NCBI GenBank assembly: GCA_951406725.2
Contig: OX597826.1
Span: forward strand, 60,036,001-60,284,000
DNA length: 248,000 bases
From: Octopus vulgaris
Lineage: Eukaryota
Direction of reading: 5' to 3'
The notes beneath the pieces are model-generated. The model worked only from the letters and a program-made list of their open reading frames with translations. It had not been told where the DNA came from and made no database searches. Position numbers and translations under genes: made by a program. Every line of letters begins with the position of its first letter. Position 1 is the stretch's first letter. Positions 124,283-137,499 of the stretch are shown in pieces.

Positions 124283-124583
124283 TAATAATAATAATAATAA
124301 TAATAATGATAAAAAATAATAATAATAATAATAATAATAATATTTTATGATGTATTCGTCTTGCGCTGAGAAGAATAGTAATTTGTAATTAATTTGATTC
124401 ACTTTAATTAAGTTTAATTATTTTACCATGTTAATTACATGTTTAATATCACTGTTCGAAACGATCGTGAGCTTTTTAAAAATTATTTCCAAATTTTAAC
124501 ATCTTCTCTTCTGCATCTTTAAATAATTTGTTGAGTTTCTATGGGATACCTTTCCATGAAATCTCATAACACACAACATATGC
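123968..124583. mobile_element. MITE-like element with diverged 220-bp inverted arms around an (ATA)n core
   Basis: 123968-124195 is the reverse complement of 124340-124583, with scattered mismatches. Confidence 0.7.
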
Positions 124584-124848
124584 GCGCACGCGTGTGTGTG
124601 TGTTTATCTGCCTGTATGTCTGTGTCTGTCTGTCTATCTGTCTGTCTGTGTATTTGCTTTTGTGTCTTTATTTGATCCTCCCAAATCGTTTGATAGCCGA
124701 TTCTGGTAGGTTTACGTCCCCGCTAACTTAACGGTTCGGCAAAAGAAACGTTAGAAAAAGTACTAGGGTTCAATTTGCTCGCCTAAAGGCGATGCTCCAG
124801 TATGGCCGCGGTCAAACGACTGAAAAAAATAAAAGAATAAAAAATAAA

Positions 124849-124898
<50 letters not shown>

Positions 124899-125034
124899 CA
124901 CGTATATATGTGTGTGTATATATATAATTAAAAAGTGAATAAAGCTTTCTATCAATGTATTTGGTTAAACCCAGTTGGCATGTGGATTGTTTTTTAACAA
125001 TCCCTTATGGGGATATTGCTTCATCAAATTCTGA

Positions 125035-125153
<119 letters not shown>

Positions 125154-125209
125154 ATATACAAACACACACACATATATATATAAATATGTGTATATATATT
125201 TATATATAG

Positions 125210-125250
<41 letters not shown>

Positions 125251-126539
125251 TTTATACATATATATATAATATACTATATGTATATATTTATACATACATA
125301 TATATATATATGTATATATACATATAATATATTCTTTTGCTTCTTTCAGCGATGCGGCTGCGGTCGTGCTATATATACATGTATCTATATCTATATATGC
125401 ATGTATGTATATGTGTGTGTGCGTGTGTTTGTATATGTGTGTGTGGTGTGTTTGTGTGTCTGTGCGTCTGTGTAGTTTAAATCTATAACGATGCAGATTG
125501 TGAGGTAGTGTGGTATTCAGCTTCCATAAATATCACTCCATTTTGCATTACATTCACAGGAAAAAGAAATTGTAATCCTTCTTTAATGAACTGGATCCAA
125601 TTGCAAGAAATGCTTCCATTCTTCAAACTGTAATACAGTCCCTAATACCCACCATAGATAATTCTTCTATAACACTTACAAACATACTGAAAATTTAACA
125701 AATCCCGATACCATAGTGAGAATTTATTAAATAAAGGAAGCTTATATATAAGAGGAAAACCCTGACGGTGATGAATCACTAATAGAGTCTCTATGTATTC
125801 ACTCAGCTGGATAGATGTAACCACAAAAGCAGGGACGTTATTGAATTGCGTCCTATTTGCTCTGTCAAAAGAAAGGACATTTTGTTTGAAGTGGCTTAGT
125901 GTTACTTGACTACGTACAGAAATGTAGAAAAGAAAAGGTGGTAGTTGTAGTTGGTCTACTGAGGAAGAATATGGAACCAAACAGCAATAGCAACATGAAG
126001 GTGATTCTTCTAAATCCACTTCGTTTTTCTGTACGACTTTTAAATCGTATCACTAATGGTAATGGTAGTAGGCACGAAAGAAACGTTGTTATCTTTGATG
126101 CTATTGTTAGTGGTGACGGATGCGGCGGTGACGGTCGTCTTCGTCCTCGTCGTAGTTGTAGTGGTGATGGAGGTAGTCGCAGTGGTGGTGGTGATTATGA
126201 TGATGAGGATCACACACACACACGTAATGTAGGGATTTCAACACAAGTTTCGGCTATCAAATTCATTCACAAAGAATTATTCGACTCCGGAATCTAGTTA
126301 TAAGACACTTGCTCAAGGTACTACGCAGTGGAACCGAACCCAAAACCGTATGGTTGCATCCATGCTTAAGCAATAGATCAATATATGTCTGTCAAGTATG
126401 CCGTTACCCTTATTGTTGTTGATGCTGTTCTTGTTATGGAGATGTTATTGTTGTTATTATTCATGACACCATGTTCAGTTTGTTGTTGATAATGATTGGT
126501 TATATCGTTGTCCGTTTCCCTTCTGATGGCGTTGACGTA

Positions 126540-127790
126540 ATATTTATGATGTTAAGTAGGTTGCTAATATTGGTGATGTCGATGAAAACAATGTTGCTGT
126601 TGTTCTTTATAACGATGTTGCTAATGTTGGTGATGTTGATGAAAACGATGTTGTTAGTATTCTTTATAACGATGTTGCTAATATTGGTGATGTCGATGAA
126701 AACTCTGTTGCTGTTGTTCTTTATAATGATGTTGCTAATTTTGGTGATGCTGATGAAAACGATATTGCTGGTATTCTTTAAAACGATGTTGCTAATATTG
126801 GTGATGTCGATGAAAACGCTGTTGCTGTTGTTCTTTATAACGATGCTGCTAATGTTGGTGATGTCGATGAAAACGATGTTACTGACGTTTTTAAAACGAT
126901 GTTGCTAATGTTGGTGATGTTGATGAAAACGATGTTGCTGGTATTCTTTATAACGATGTTGCTAATGTTGATAATGTTGATGAAAACGATGTTACTGACG
127001 TTTTTAAAACGATGTTGCTAATGTTGGTAATGTTGATGAAAACAATGTTGCTGGTATTCTTTATAACGATGTTGCTAATGTTGATAATGTTGATGAAAAC
127101 GATGTTACTGACGTTTTTAAAACGATGTTGCTAATGTTGGTGATGTTGATGAAAACGATGTTGCTGGTATTCTTTATAACGATGTTGCTAATGTTGATAA
127201 TGTTGATGAAAACGATGTTACTGACGTTTTAAAACGATGTTGCTAATGTTGGTGATGCTGATGAAAACAATGTTGCTGGTATTCTTTATAACGATGTTGC
127301 TAATGTTGATAATGTTGATGAAAACGATGTTACTGACGTTTTTAAAACAATGTTGCTAATGTTTGTGATGTTGATGAAATCGATGTCGCTGGTATTCTTT
127401 AAAACGATGTTGGTAATGCTGATAATGTTGATGAAAACGATGTTACTGACGTTTTTAAAACGATGTTGCTAATGTTGGTGATGTTGATGAAAACGATGTT
127501 GCTCTTGTTCTTTATAACGATGTTGCTAATATTGGTGATATCGATGAAAACGCTGTTGCTGTTGTTCTTTATAATGATGTTGCTAATTTTGGTGATGCTG
127601 AGGAAAACGCTGTTCTGGTATTTTTTAAAACGATGTTGCTGTTGTTCTTTATAATGATGTTGCTAATATTGGTGATGCTGATGAAAACAATGTTGCTGGT
127701 ATTCTTTAAAACGATGTTGTTAATTTTGTTGATGTTGAAGAGAACGATGTTGCTCTTGTTCTTTATAATGATGTTCGACAATGAAATTTT
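126540..127790. repeat. Triplet-phased minisatellite (33-nt plus 24-nt subunits, 57-nt higher-order unit)
   Basis: Repeats of GATGTTGCTAATGTTGGTGATGTTGATGAAAAC and GATGTTGCTGGTATTCTTTATAAC. Confidence 0.88.
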
Positions 127791-128744
127791 AGCTCTCCAT
127801 GTCATTGTTTGAGATTATTTTTTCTTACGCTCTTGTTGATGTCATCGTGTTCTTGTACATTTTAATGATAACAGTATTGATGTCGTTGTTGTTCTTCTAT
127901 ATTGGTTTATTCATTGTCAGTTCATTCTTATTTATGCTATCTTTGTTGAACATGTTGTTATTTGGATGATATTATTGTTAATAATATTGAGTACGTTGTT
128001 TAACTGTTTACCCATCTGCTAGTCAACAGAAAAAGTGCCGACTTAGAAAGAATAATGAAAGGCTTTCCAGTCCTCACCATTTCCAACCGGTTTTCTTATG
128101 AACCAGCAAACATGCAATACAATGTATTCTGTATATATTACAGCAGGGTGTAAAGTGAGAGACATTTGGCTACTATTTCTATCAGATTGAACGTCTCATA
128201 GCGACTTCTTACTATCTCTAAGTTATTACTTTTGTTGTTGTTGTTGTTGTTTTGGTGGTGGTTGTTGTCTTGGTGATGGTGGTGGTGGTAGATGTGATGA
128301 TGTTAGTTGTGATTGATGTGTTGTTAGTTGCTGCTATTTTGCTTCTAGGCAGATGAAGTCGACTTTCTATATTTCAAGCAGTCGTATCAGGTGGAGCAAG
128401 ATGGGGAAGAGAGAGAGAGAAACAGAGAGAAACAGAGAGAGAGAGAGAGAGAGAGAGAGGCAGACTGACAGACAGAAACATAGAGAATGGGAGGGAAAAG
128501 GAAGAGAGAGAGAGAGAGAGATCACAGGGATTCGAGTAGAGGTCGATGGGGATTGTCGAGGTGGATGAAGAGGAGCTGTAGGATGAGGAAGGATATTATG
128601 GAGGTGGATGATGAAGGAGGTAGACGAGGAGGCAGTGAGCAGGTGGAGTAATGTCCACTTGATACGTCTCAAATAGATTGTCTCCACTGTGCTAACAGCA
128701 ATTCGACCCCCTTCCCATATTTTGTCCTTTGAGATGAATGTAAT

Positions 128745-128827
<83 letters not shown>

Positions 128828-129308
128828 GTATGTGCGTCTGTTCCGTTTGAGTGTGTGTGTGTCACTGAGAGGAAGAGAGAGAAGTCTGTGCGTGTGAGTA
128901 TGTGCACCTCTGTACTGTTATGTTCGTGTTACTACTTTGGTTTATTAATGTGTTTAATGGTATCTGTTATGTATGAGTGAAAGCGTGTTTGCCTGCGTGT
129001 GCGTATGTCCGTGTGTGCTTGCTTGTTTGTGTGTATTTGTGTGTCTGCGTATGAGTGAGTGTATCTGTGTGTGTGCGTGTGTTCCAATTTAAAAGATAAA
129101 AGTTATATAAAGTAAGTTTGAAGATGGCTGATTTTACGCAAATGTATAAAAGTAAGCACACTACGTATTCACACTTACGCCACACGGACCTACATCATGT
129201 GCACACACAAACATACTCGTTCAGACATATATAAAGATATTTACTCATATAGACCCAGAAAGAAACAAGGCATTTATAAAAAAGAAATATATAAGTATGT
129301 ACATACAT

Positions 129309-129388
<80 letters not shown>

Positions 129389-129448
129389 GTTAGCTACTGC
129401 ACGCATTTTTTTTCTCTCCTTCTTTCTGTGTTTTTCTCTCTCTGTGTA

Positions 129449-129486
129449 TCTTTCTGTTGAAGAGCGTAGGCTCGAAACGTTAAAGA
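129449..129486 (+). ncRNA. Minimal hammerhead-like motif with CUGUUGA core variant
   Basis: TCTTT-CTGTTGA-A-GAGC(GTAG)GCTC-GAAACGTT-AAAGA; perfect 5-bp stem I. Identical motif at 163418-163455 (+) and 235541-235578 (-). Confidence 0.65.
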
Positions 129487-129583
129487 CTTGTTTTATTTAT
129501 ATTTCCTGAGCGCCATACTAATACAATTGTTCGTTTGTTTTCCACCTGCCTTCGTCTTTTGTTTATTTTCATAAAGCTTCCCG

Positions 129584-129680
<97 letters not shown>

Positions 129681-130208
129681 CACACACACGAATACTTACA
129701 TATATAAACATATACATATACGTAGACATGTATGTGTATTGTGTGTGTTTGCAAACACATGATATACGTGTGTGTATGTTTCACTATATAGCTATATATG
129801 TAAATACAAATATGTATGTACATATGTATGCATATATCTATATATACATGTGTCAACGTATGTGAATATGTGTGCGTATATTCTTGTGTATATTGGACCC
129901 ACACTCGATCGCCATACTAGGATATTACAAATGTTTCTTCCCTCGGGTAAAACCCAAAGTTACAAACCTGTCTCAATCCAAAATTCCTGAAGGAATTCTT
130001 CTAAATGACAGCTTGGATTTTAGAAACAAATGACTATTTTCTTTCATAAAGGAATTGTAATGCTGTGATCAAAATCTTGAACCCAACTGCCATCATTGAT
130101 TACGGGTCAATGTACCTTTTCTGGTCTTTTGTCTTTCGATTTCCACAACAGTAAGATTTTGACAAACAGCTAAGTGTATTTGTTAGATGTAAGTTAGATG
130201 TATATCAG

Positions 130209-130575
130209 ACTAGCAGTATCGCCCGGCGTTGCTCGGGTTTGTAAGGGAAATAACTATAAAGCATTTTTAGAGAGTTATAGCCAAAAAAATGGGAAAAAAA
130301 TTATGGTAAATTTTTTTTAGTTAAAAAGGTCGAGTTGCGTCCCCTAGACAGTCTGTGGTTTGTGTTTCTAATTCTCGACCCCATGTCGAATTTATCGATT
130401 TTTTTCAGAACTGGGGGAACTTTTCAAAATTTTCGCTGCGTTAGTTTTGAATTATGACATTGGGCTATGTGTGTGTCAAGTTTCATCAGAATCGGTTGAA
130501 AGCCGTGGTCAGGGTGAGGGTACAACCTAACAGACACACAGAAACACACAGACAAACTGCCGTTTATATATAGAG
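130209..130575 (+). mobile_element. Second copy of the HINE-like element
   Basis: High identity to 105345-105700 along its whole length. Confidence 0.7.
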
Positions 130576-131074
130576 AGATAAGGGCACCAGCAAACAATCA
130601 GCCATACACACCCACACAATACACCATCCATACACTCACACACTCATACTCACATAACGCACTGGTGTGTTTACACATTTTTGTCTACAGCAGGAATCTT
130701 TCTCGTAACAACTGGTATCATGTTTATATTTAAATACATTACTGCTTAGCGCTTCTAATACGTACAGGAAAAAAACACAACAGCCATTTTCAACTATAAA
130801 AGGTACATATATATTATTTGTTTACGAAATCAGAAGAGGTAAATTGACAGGATTACTCCATGTAGTCAATTGCGTTGCAAATAATGGCAGTCCATTGACT
130901 CAAAGACGTATACGGCCCAGGCCTGGGTGTGCGGAAAGAAGCCTGATTCCCAAACACATGGCTCAGGGTTCAGTCCCACTGCGTGGCATCTTTGGCAAGT
131001 GTCTTCTACTATAGCCTCGGGCCGACCAGGGCCTTGTGAATAGATTTGGTAGACGGAAACAGAAAGAATCACGT

Positions 131075-131105
<31 letters not shown>

Positions 131106-131447
131106 GCATGTATATATCCATATACATATATATATATATACATATATATGTGTGTGCTTGTGTTTGTGTTTGACCACCACCATTGCTTAACAAACGATGT
131201 TGGTGTGTTTACGTCCCCGTAATTTAGAGGTTCGGTAAAAGTGACCGGTAATATATGTAACAGACTTACAAAAAATAAGCCCAGTGATCGATTTGTTCGA
131301 CTAAGAGGAAGTGCTCCAGCATGGCCACAGTCAAAATGAGTGAAACAGGTGAAAAAACAATATGTATGTATGTATGTATGTATGAATGTGTATCTATGTA
131401 TGCATGTATATGTGTGCGCATGTGTGTAGTTGTGTCTGTGTGTGTGT

Positions 131448-131482
<35 letters not shown>

Positions 131483-132191
131483 TGTGTAGACGGAGATTCT
131501 TATTAGAGAACTTTTGACTCCGATGTCTTTAGCCATAACTACATTACCAGTAAACGTAGGTGATTGCAAAAATTACGAACGCAAAGACAATTGACTGCAA
131601 TTTTCAAAACAGTTTCTTTCTTTTTTCTTTTCGAGACCTCAAGTTGTTTCGGCTTCATCGAAAATCGGCGTGTTGAGCGCTATCCTGCCCTATGTCATCT
131701 AGAGCGAGAAACCTGAAACGAGCGAATGAAGACAGGGATAGCGTGAATTAGATATGTGTATTGTCTGGTTTCCCTGTATTCTAAAATAATATTGTATATG
131801 ATGGTATATAATAGATAGTGTGCAAGCAGAGATGATATCATCAAAAGTATGTAAGTCAGATGAAAATGGCTATTGTGTTTGAAATGGAAATAGTAAAAGA
131901 TTGTTTCGTGATTTTGAAGACAACAACTTAATAAAACGGCCGCAAAAACGAACAAAACGAATATAAGTATTACTAATGAAGATAATAATAAATTCTACAA
132001 AAGGAGTACGACCTGAGATTTTTACTCCGCCCTCAGTGCTCAGTTGGTACGTATTTTGTCGAACTGAGAATGATGAAAGACATAGTCGCCCTCGGCGGTA
132101 TTTCATCACGGAAGGTAAAGCGGACGAAATGCCCTTGTGCGTTTTGTTTGGCGTGCTAACGACTATACCAGCTGGCCGTTTTAATAATAGC

Positions 132192-132292
<101 letters not shown>

Positions 132293-132820
132293 TAAATGCC
132301 CTGATGTAGCACCAGGCAGTGGTTCTCGTGGCTTCTGATCTCAACTGATTGGAAGTGTTATCATGTACATTGTTGTGTCTTGGTATAAAAGATGGGCTAC
132401 AGCAAATATTCTGCTCAATACCACAGATTTGCTTATCAGTTGCTTGACTTTAACCAGTTGAGCATGTCCCTTAGTGGCTGACGATATGTGCATCTCTGAT
132501 CACGAGCATCATAGCCATGTGTTGAGAGGGATTCTTTGGGGTTTGAATAATTCACCTCTGAAAACGTGGGTAGTTCGTTCAACATCCTTAAACAACCTTT
132601 TGAGCGGGATGGGCTACTCGACCAGAAGAAAATTCTAACTGGGCCCCACTTGCAAGGTCATGTGCTGTTTATCTTGACATGAGATCACCATGTCGCGCAC
132701 ATATGGTTGTGATGCATGTGCCTAGTGTACCCTTATCAGACGGGTAGTTATGATGGTTTTACTGGGCTTCGTATATTTTACCCCAGTGTCACTTTGATGG
132801 CATTCACTGCTCTCTCACTC
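132293..132820 (+). mobile_element. About 530-bp non-coding element embedded in (AAT)n
   Basis: Unique sequence flanked on both sides by (AAT)n; inverted copy at 181215-181800, also within (ATT)n. Confidence 0.75.
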
Positions 132821-132890
<70 letters not shown>

Positions 132891-133970
132891 TAACAGTAAT
132901 AATAATAATTTTATAAAAAAAGGATAGATATTTATGAATAGTTTTGTGTATATACCAATCTTTTACCGCAATAGTGGGAGGAAAAGAAATTAATCCAATA
133001 AAATTAATTAATCTAATAAAATTAATCTAACAAAATTCATCTAATTTTTGTATCTATAAATTCATACTTAGCTTATATAAAGCTATACTGGTATATTCAC
133101 TACTTATAAAAGAGGTTGCAATTTTATTAATATATAATTAGCATGTATTTTTACCTCAATACTACTTTATTAATACCAATATATACCAATTAATCAATAT
133201 TCACAGGCACCAACTGATGAGTTAGTATTTACGTGTACGCTATGTATAAATATTAAACTATTTCTGGATAATTTATTTTTCTCCCTCTATTGTAGTAAAA
133301 GTTTGGTATACACTCAACAGTATTCATAAATATCTGTAGTTTTTGTTATAATATTATTTTTAATAATCGTCTGAATAACCCTAAACGTTAACTGTATATT
133401 GTTTAAAATATTTAACTATAGTTAAAATATTTAACTATAGTACTAAATGATAAAGCTTCCCCTGTTTCATTATCAATAGTCTGCTAGTGGGCGACCCCAT
133501 TAATTGTCATCTAACATCTTGTTTTAAGTTTTCCTTTACCAAACTTCATGATATTGCCTCTAAGAAATCTTGATTTTTATGATTATATCAACTAAGATTT
133601 ATGTCTGCTCCCTCAGCCCTAACCCTAACAGATAATGTCCTTTGTTCTCTCAGCCTTAGATATACAAGGATTTGATAAACTAGTCTATGAATTAAAACTG
133701 ACCCCATTAAAAACAAAACAATCAGTGACAGACAGAGTGAGTAAAAATGTATATCAGTCTGTTCTTTGTCTATATCCTTAACTTCTTGGAGATTTTAGGT
133801 ATAATTATACTAATGTGTCCATCTGTTCTAAATTAATTAAATTCTATATCTGTACAGCTGAGGATTGCTCTGCATTTTAAATTGTTGTAATGATTGCATT
133901 GTTCATTTAAATGGAGTTGCATGAAACGATCGTGCTGCATTACCTCTGCATATCCTTGTTGCTTATTTTG

Positions 133971-134112
<142 letters not shown>

Positions 134113-135021
134113 ATATGATATATATATATATACATATATTTATGAATGAGTAGGGCAAGAATGGGTTGATATTTCTAATGGTGTGAGGAAATGTATAGTT
134201 CCCTATTTAGTCTCCTATTCTTCTTTCTCTCTTTCTTCCTTACCTTCCTCTTCCCCTTCTTCTTCGTCTTCTTCTTCTCTTCTTCTTCTTCTTCTTCTTC
134301 TTCTTCTTTTTCTCCTTCTCTTTCTTCGTCTACTACTAGTACTACTACAGTTTGTATCAAGAGGAATATTGAAAGTATTGTCGATTTTTTTCTTAATTGG
134401 CAGTATCAATAACCATGCGTTATTGTTGTTGTTGTTGATGATGATGATGATGATGATGTTTTCAGATTATTTAGATGACTTTTTTTGCAAAGGAGAGTTG
134501 ACAACCTTCTCCAAATGAACCAACCAACCAGCTAACAAATCAACCCGCAAATCACCCACTAAAAAAAAAACAACATAATAACACGCACACATACCGTGTT
134601 AGAAATAAGAAGAACATTTAACAGCTATCTCCACATAACTTTTCTTAACGTAGAAAGCTGCTATTAATCATTTAATAAACATCTTTCTCAGGAAACGAAA
134701 GATTTTAGATGTTTCAATGGATATGTTTAAAAGGTAAAAAAAAATAAAACATAATATATAAACAAACAATTCGTGGAAATTAATAAATATATTGAAAATA
134801 CCAACAACAAAATCGGGCCAAATATGCATAAAAAAAAAAACGAGTAAATGTCATAAACAATTGATAGAAATTGTGCTGAATAAGAAACTAGAATTTAATT
134901 TTGATTTATGGGAGGGGAAAAAAGCGATCTATTGGTAATTGCCAAATAGTGATTGACGAAATGATAATTGAGAAAACAGCTAGGCATGGTTTGATATATA
135001 TATATATATATATACACACAC

Positions 135022-135072
<51 letters not shown>

Positions 135073-135206
135073 TATATGCGTGTATATATATTTATATATA
135101 TACATACATACATACATACATACATACATACATACACACATACACACACATAAATATACATATTTGCATATATAAACACATATACATATATATATAGATG
135201 TATGTC

Positions 135207-135283
<77 letters not shown>

Positions 135284-135800
135284 GTGTGTGCATAAACATA
135301 TATATATTTATGTATGTATATATATATATATATATACATATGTTTGTGTATGTGTAGGCAAAGAGACATAGAGAGAGCGGCACAAGAGAGGGAATTAGTA
135401 ATAGGGAGAGAAAGAAATAGAGGAAAAGAGAAATGACGAAAGAAAAGATGTACATGTATGTTTGTATGTGTGTATGGGAGGTATAGGAAGAAAGAGATAT
135501 AGTATAAAACCACTGACAATGCATGAAAACGTTGATAAAAAGGGAGAAAGACAGAGAGAGAGAGAGAGAGAGAAAAGTGGAACTGAGTGATTGAGAAAAG
135601 CAAACTGAAAGAGAACAGTTTTTTTATGTATCTTTGATCCGTGTCTTTATATTTCTGTGGATTCACTTCAACATATTAAATTCTCATCTCCGTAACACCC
135701 AAGTCTAATATGCGTGACTCCTGGAGAGCGCGCGCGCGCTTGAATGTATGTATTGTAGTATCGCTGTAGGGTAATGTATATGCATATGGGCAATACTTAC

Positions 135801-135889
135801 TTCGCTGTCTCCTCAGATGTACGGAATCTTACTCCGTTCGTATGAATATTTGAACCTACTACATCGAACATTCGTGGAAGCGAATCGAC
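135801..135889 (-). other. Candidate internal exon (89 nt)
   Basis: Acceptor TATTTTATAACAG and donor GAA|GTAAGT; one open frame VDSLPRMFDVVGSNIHTNGVRFRTSEETA; no homology recognised. Confidence 0.3.
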
Positions 135890-137461
135890 CTGTTATAAAA
135901 TACGCACAACCGCAACAATTGTGGAGTACTTATCTCTGTATTTCTACTCCTCTTTCGTTTTATATATACATATATATATATGCATACGTTATACATGCAC
136001 GTATGTGTGTGTTATACATGTATATATATGGTATAGATATGTATGTATTTGACTTGGCCTTTACCCTCAAAACGGCAGGCATTGTGCAAAATCTGAAGTA
136101 ATTCTTATCATCATAGAAACAGGCCCTAACACGGCGGACATCCACCAAAGATAATCGTTTCCACTCACAATATAAGTTCCCACACAAATTCCATGCATAC
136201 ATAAATCCCCAAAAGAATTTAACCAAAACATAAACGAAAATCACATTAAGGAAAACAAATGCGTATGAAACCATTTTTCCCTCAGCTCACACGAAACGCT
136301 TCACATATTGTACCACTACTCAAATTCAATTCTTACAAGAACACCAACCTGAAAACGTACACACATTTCCTATAATCTTTCCAGAAAACCTTTGTTGCCT
136401 TGCAGCATCACCCAATATGGTGTTTTGGTATGAAGAGACATAATTCCTAGCCCAACCATTGCGTGAATTGGTTAATCATCTTTTTTACAGCATCGAAACA
136501 CCGGATGTGTTTGTTGACATCCCAAAATAGAGCGCGGTCTCCATATTTCATTTCATATCTGCCATCTCTGAAGAGCGCAGTGTTACATGATCGGACTGTA
136601 ACCTAACACCTCGTTGAACCCCTAGTGCGAAATCCAACCTTAAGATCAGCCGTAATGGGTGTACACTAGTGTACACTTCGATTAATATGTATGTATATAT
136701 AAATATATATAATACATGCATACATATGTACATACCTTGATGTTGATGAAATTCCAATGTATATAGGCAATAACCTAGGCAAGAAATATTGAAATATGTC
136801 TGAATAATAACATTCATACTTACATACATACATATATTGTTATGGTATATTCTGTAAAGAACATAGGGGAGTACAGTATTGAGCTCATCCTCCTTCAGAT
136901 TTAGCCTGTGCCATCCAGCAGTAGTATTATACATACTTCCAGGTTTGCGTTTCGGCATATGTCTTGTTTGAATAGGTAATTAAAGAAAGTGGGAAACATT
137001 TACATAATGAAGCACTTGCACACCTGGAGAACTACGTTGCATGGAAACAAATGTAGTGCTTAAAAATGAAATGTCCAAACGTTGACTCTAATTTCTTAAA
137101 TTGCACATATATATATATATATATATATACATATATAAAGTTAATCCAAACAAGAAAGCACAAAAAAAACACTACAACGCAAGGACGTGGAACACATATA
137201 GCATTATTGGACGCTCAGGAATGAAGGAAAGAAGGAGGGTTTAACGTTTCGAGCGGAGCTCTTCGTCGGAAACATAGGAGAAGGAAAGATCCAGAGAAGG
137301 GAAGACAGAGGATAAAAAATCACCAACGGTACACACGAGGTCACATTTTGAAAAAATATATATATATATGGAGGCGCTTGTCTTAGTGGTTAGGATGTCA
137401 GCATCATGATCGTAAGATTGTGGTTTCGTTGTGTTCTTGAGCAAAACACTTCATTTCACGT

Positions 137462-137499
<38 letters not shown>

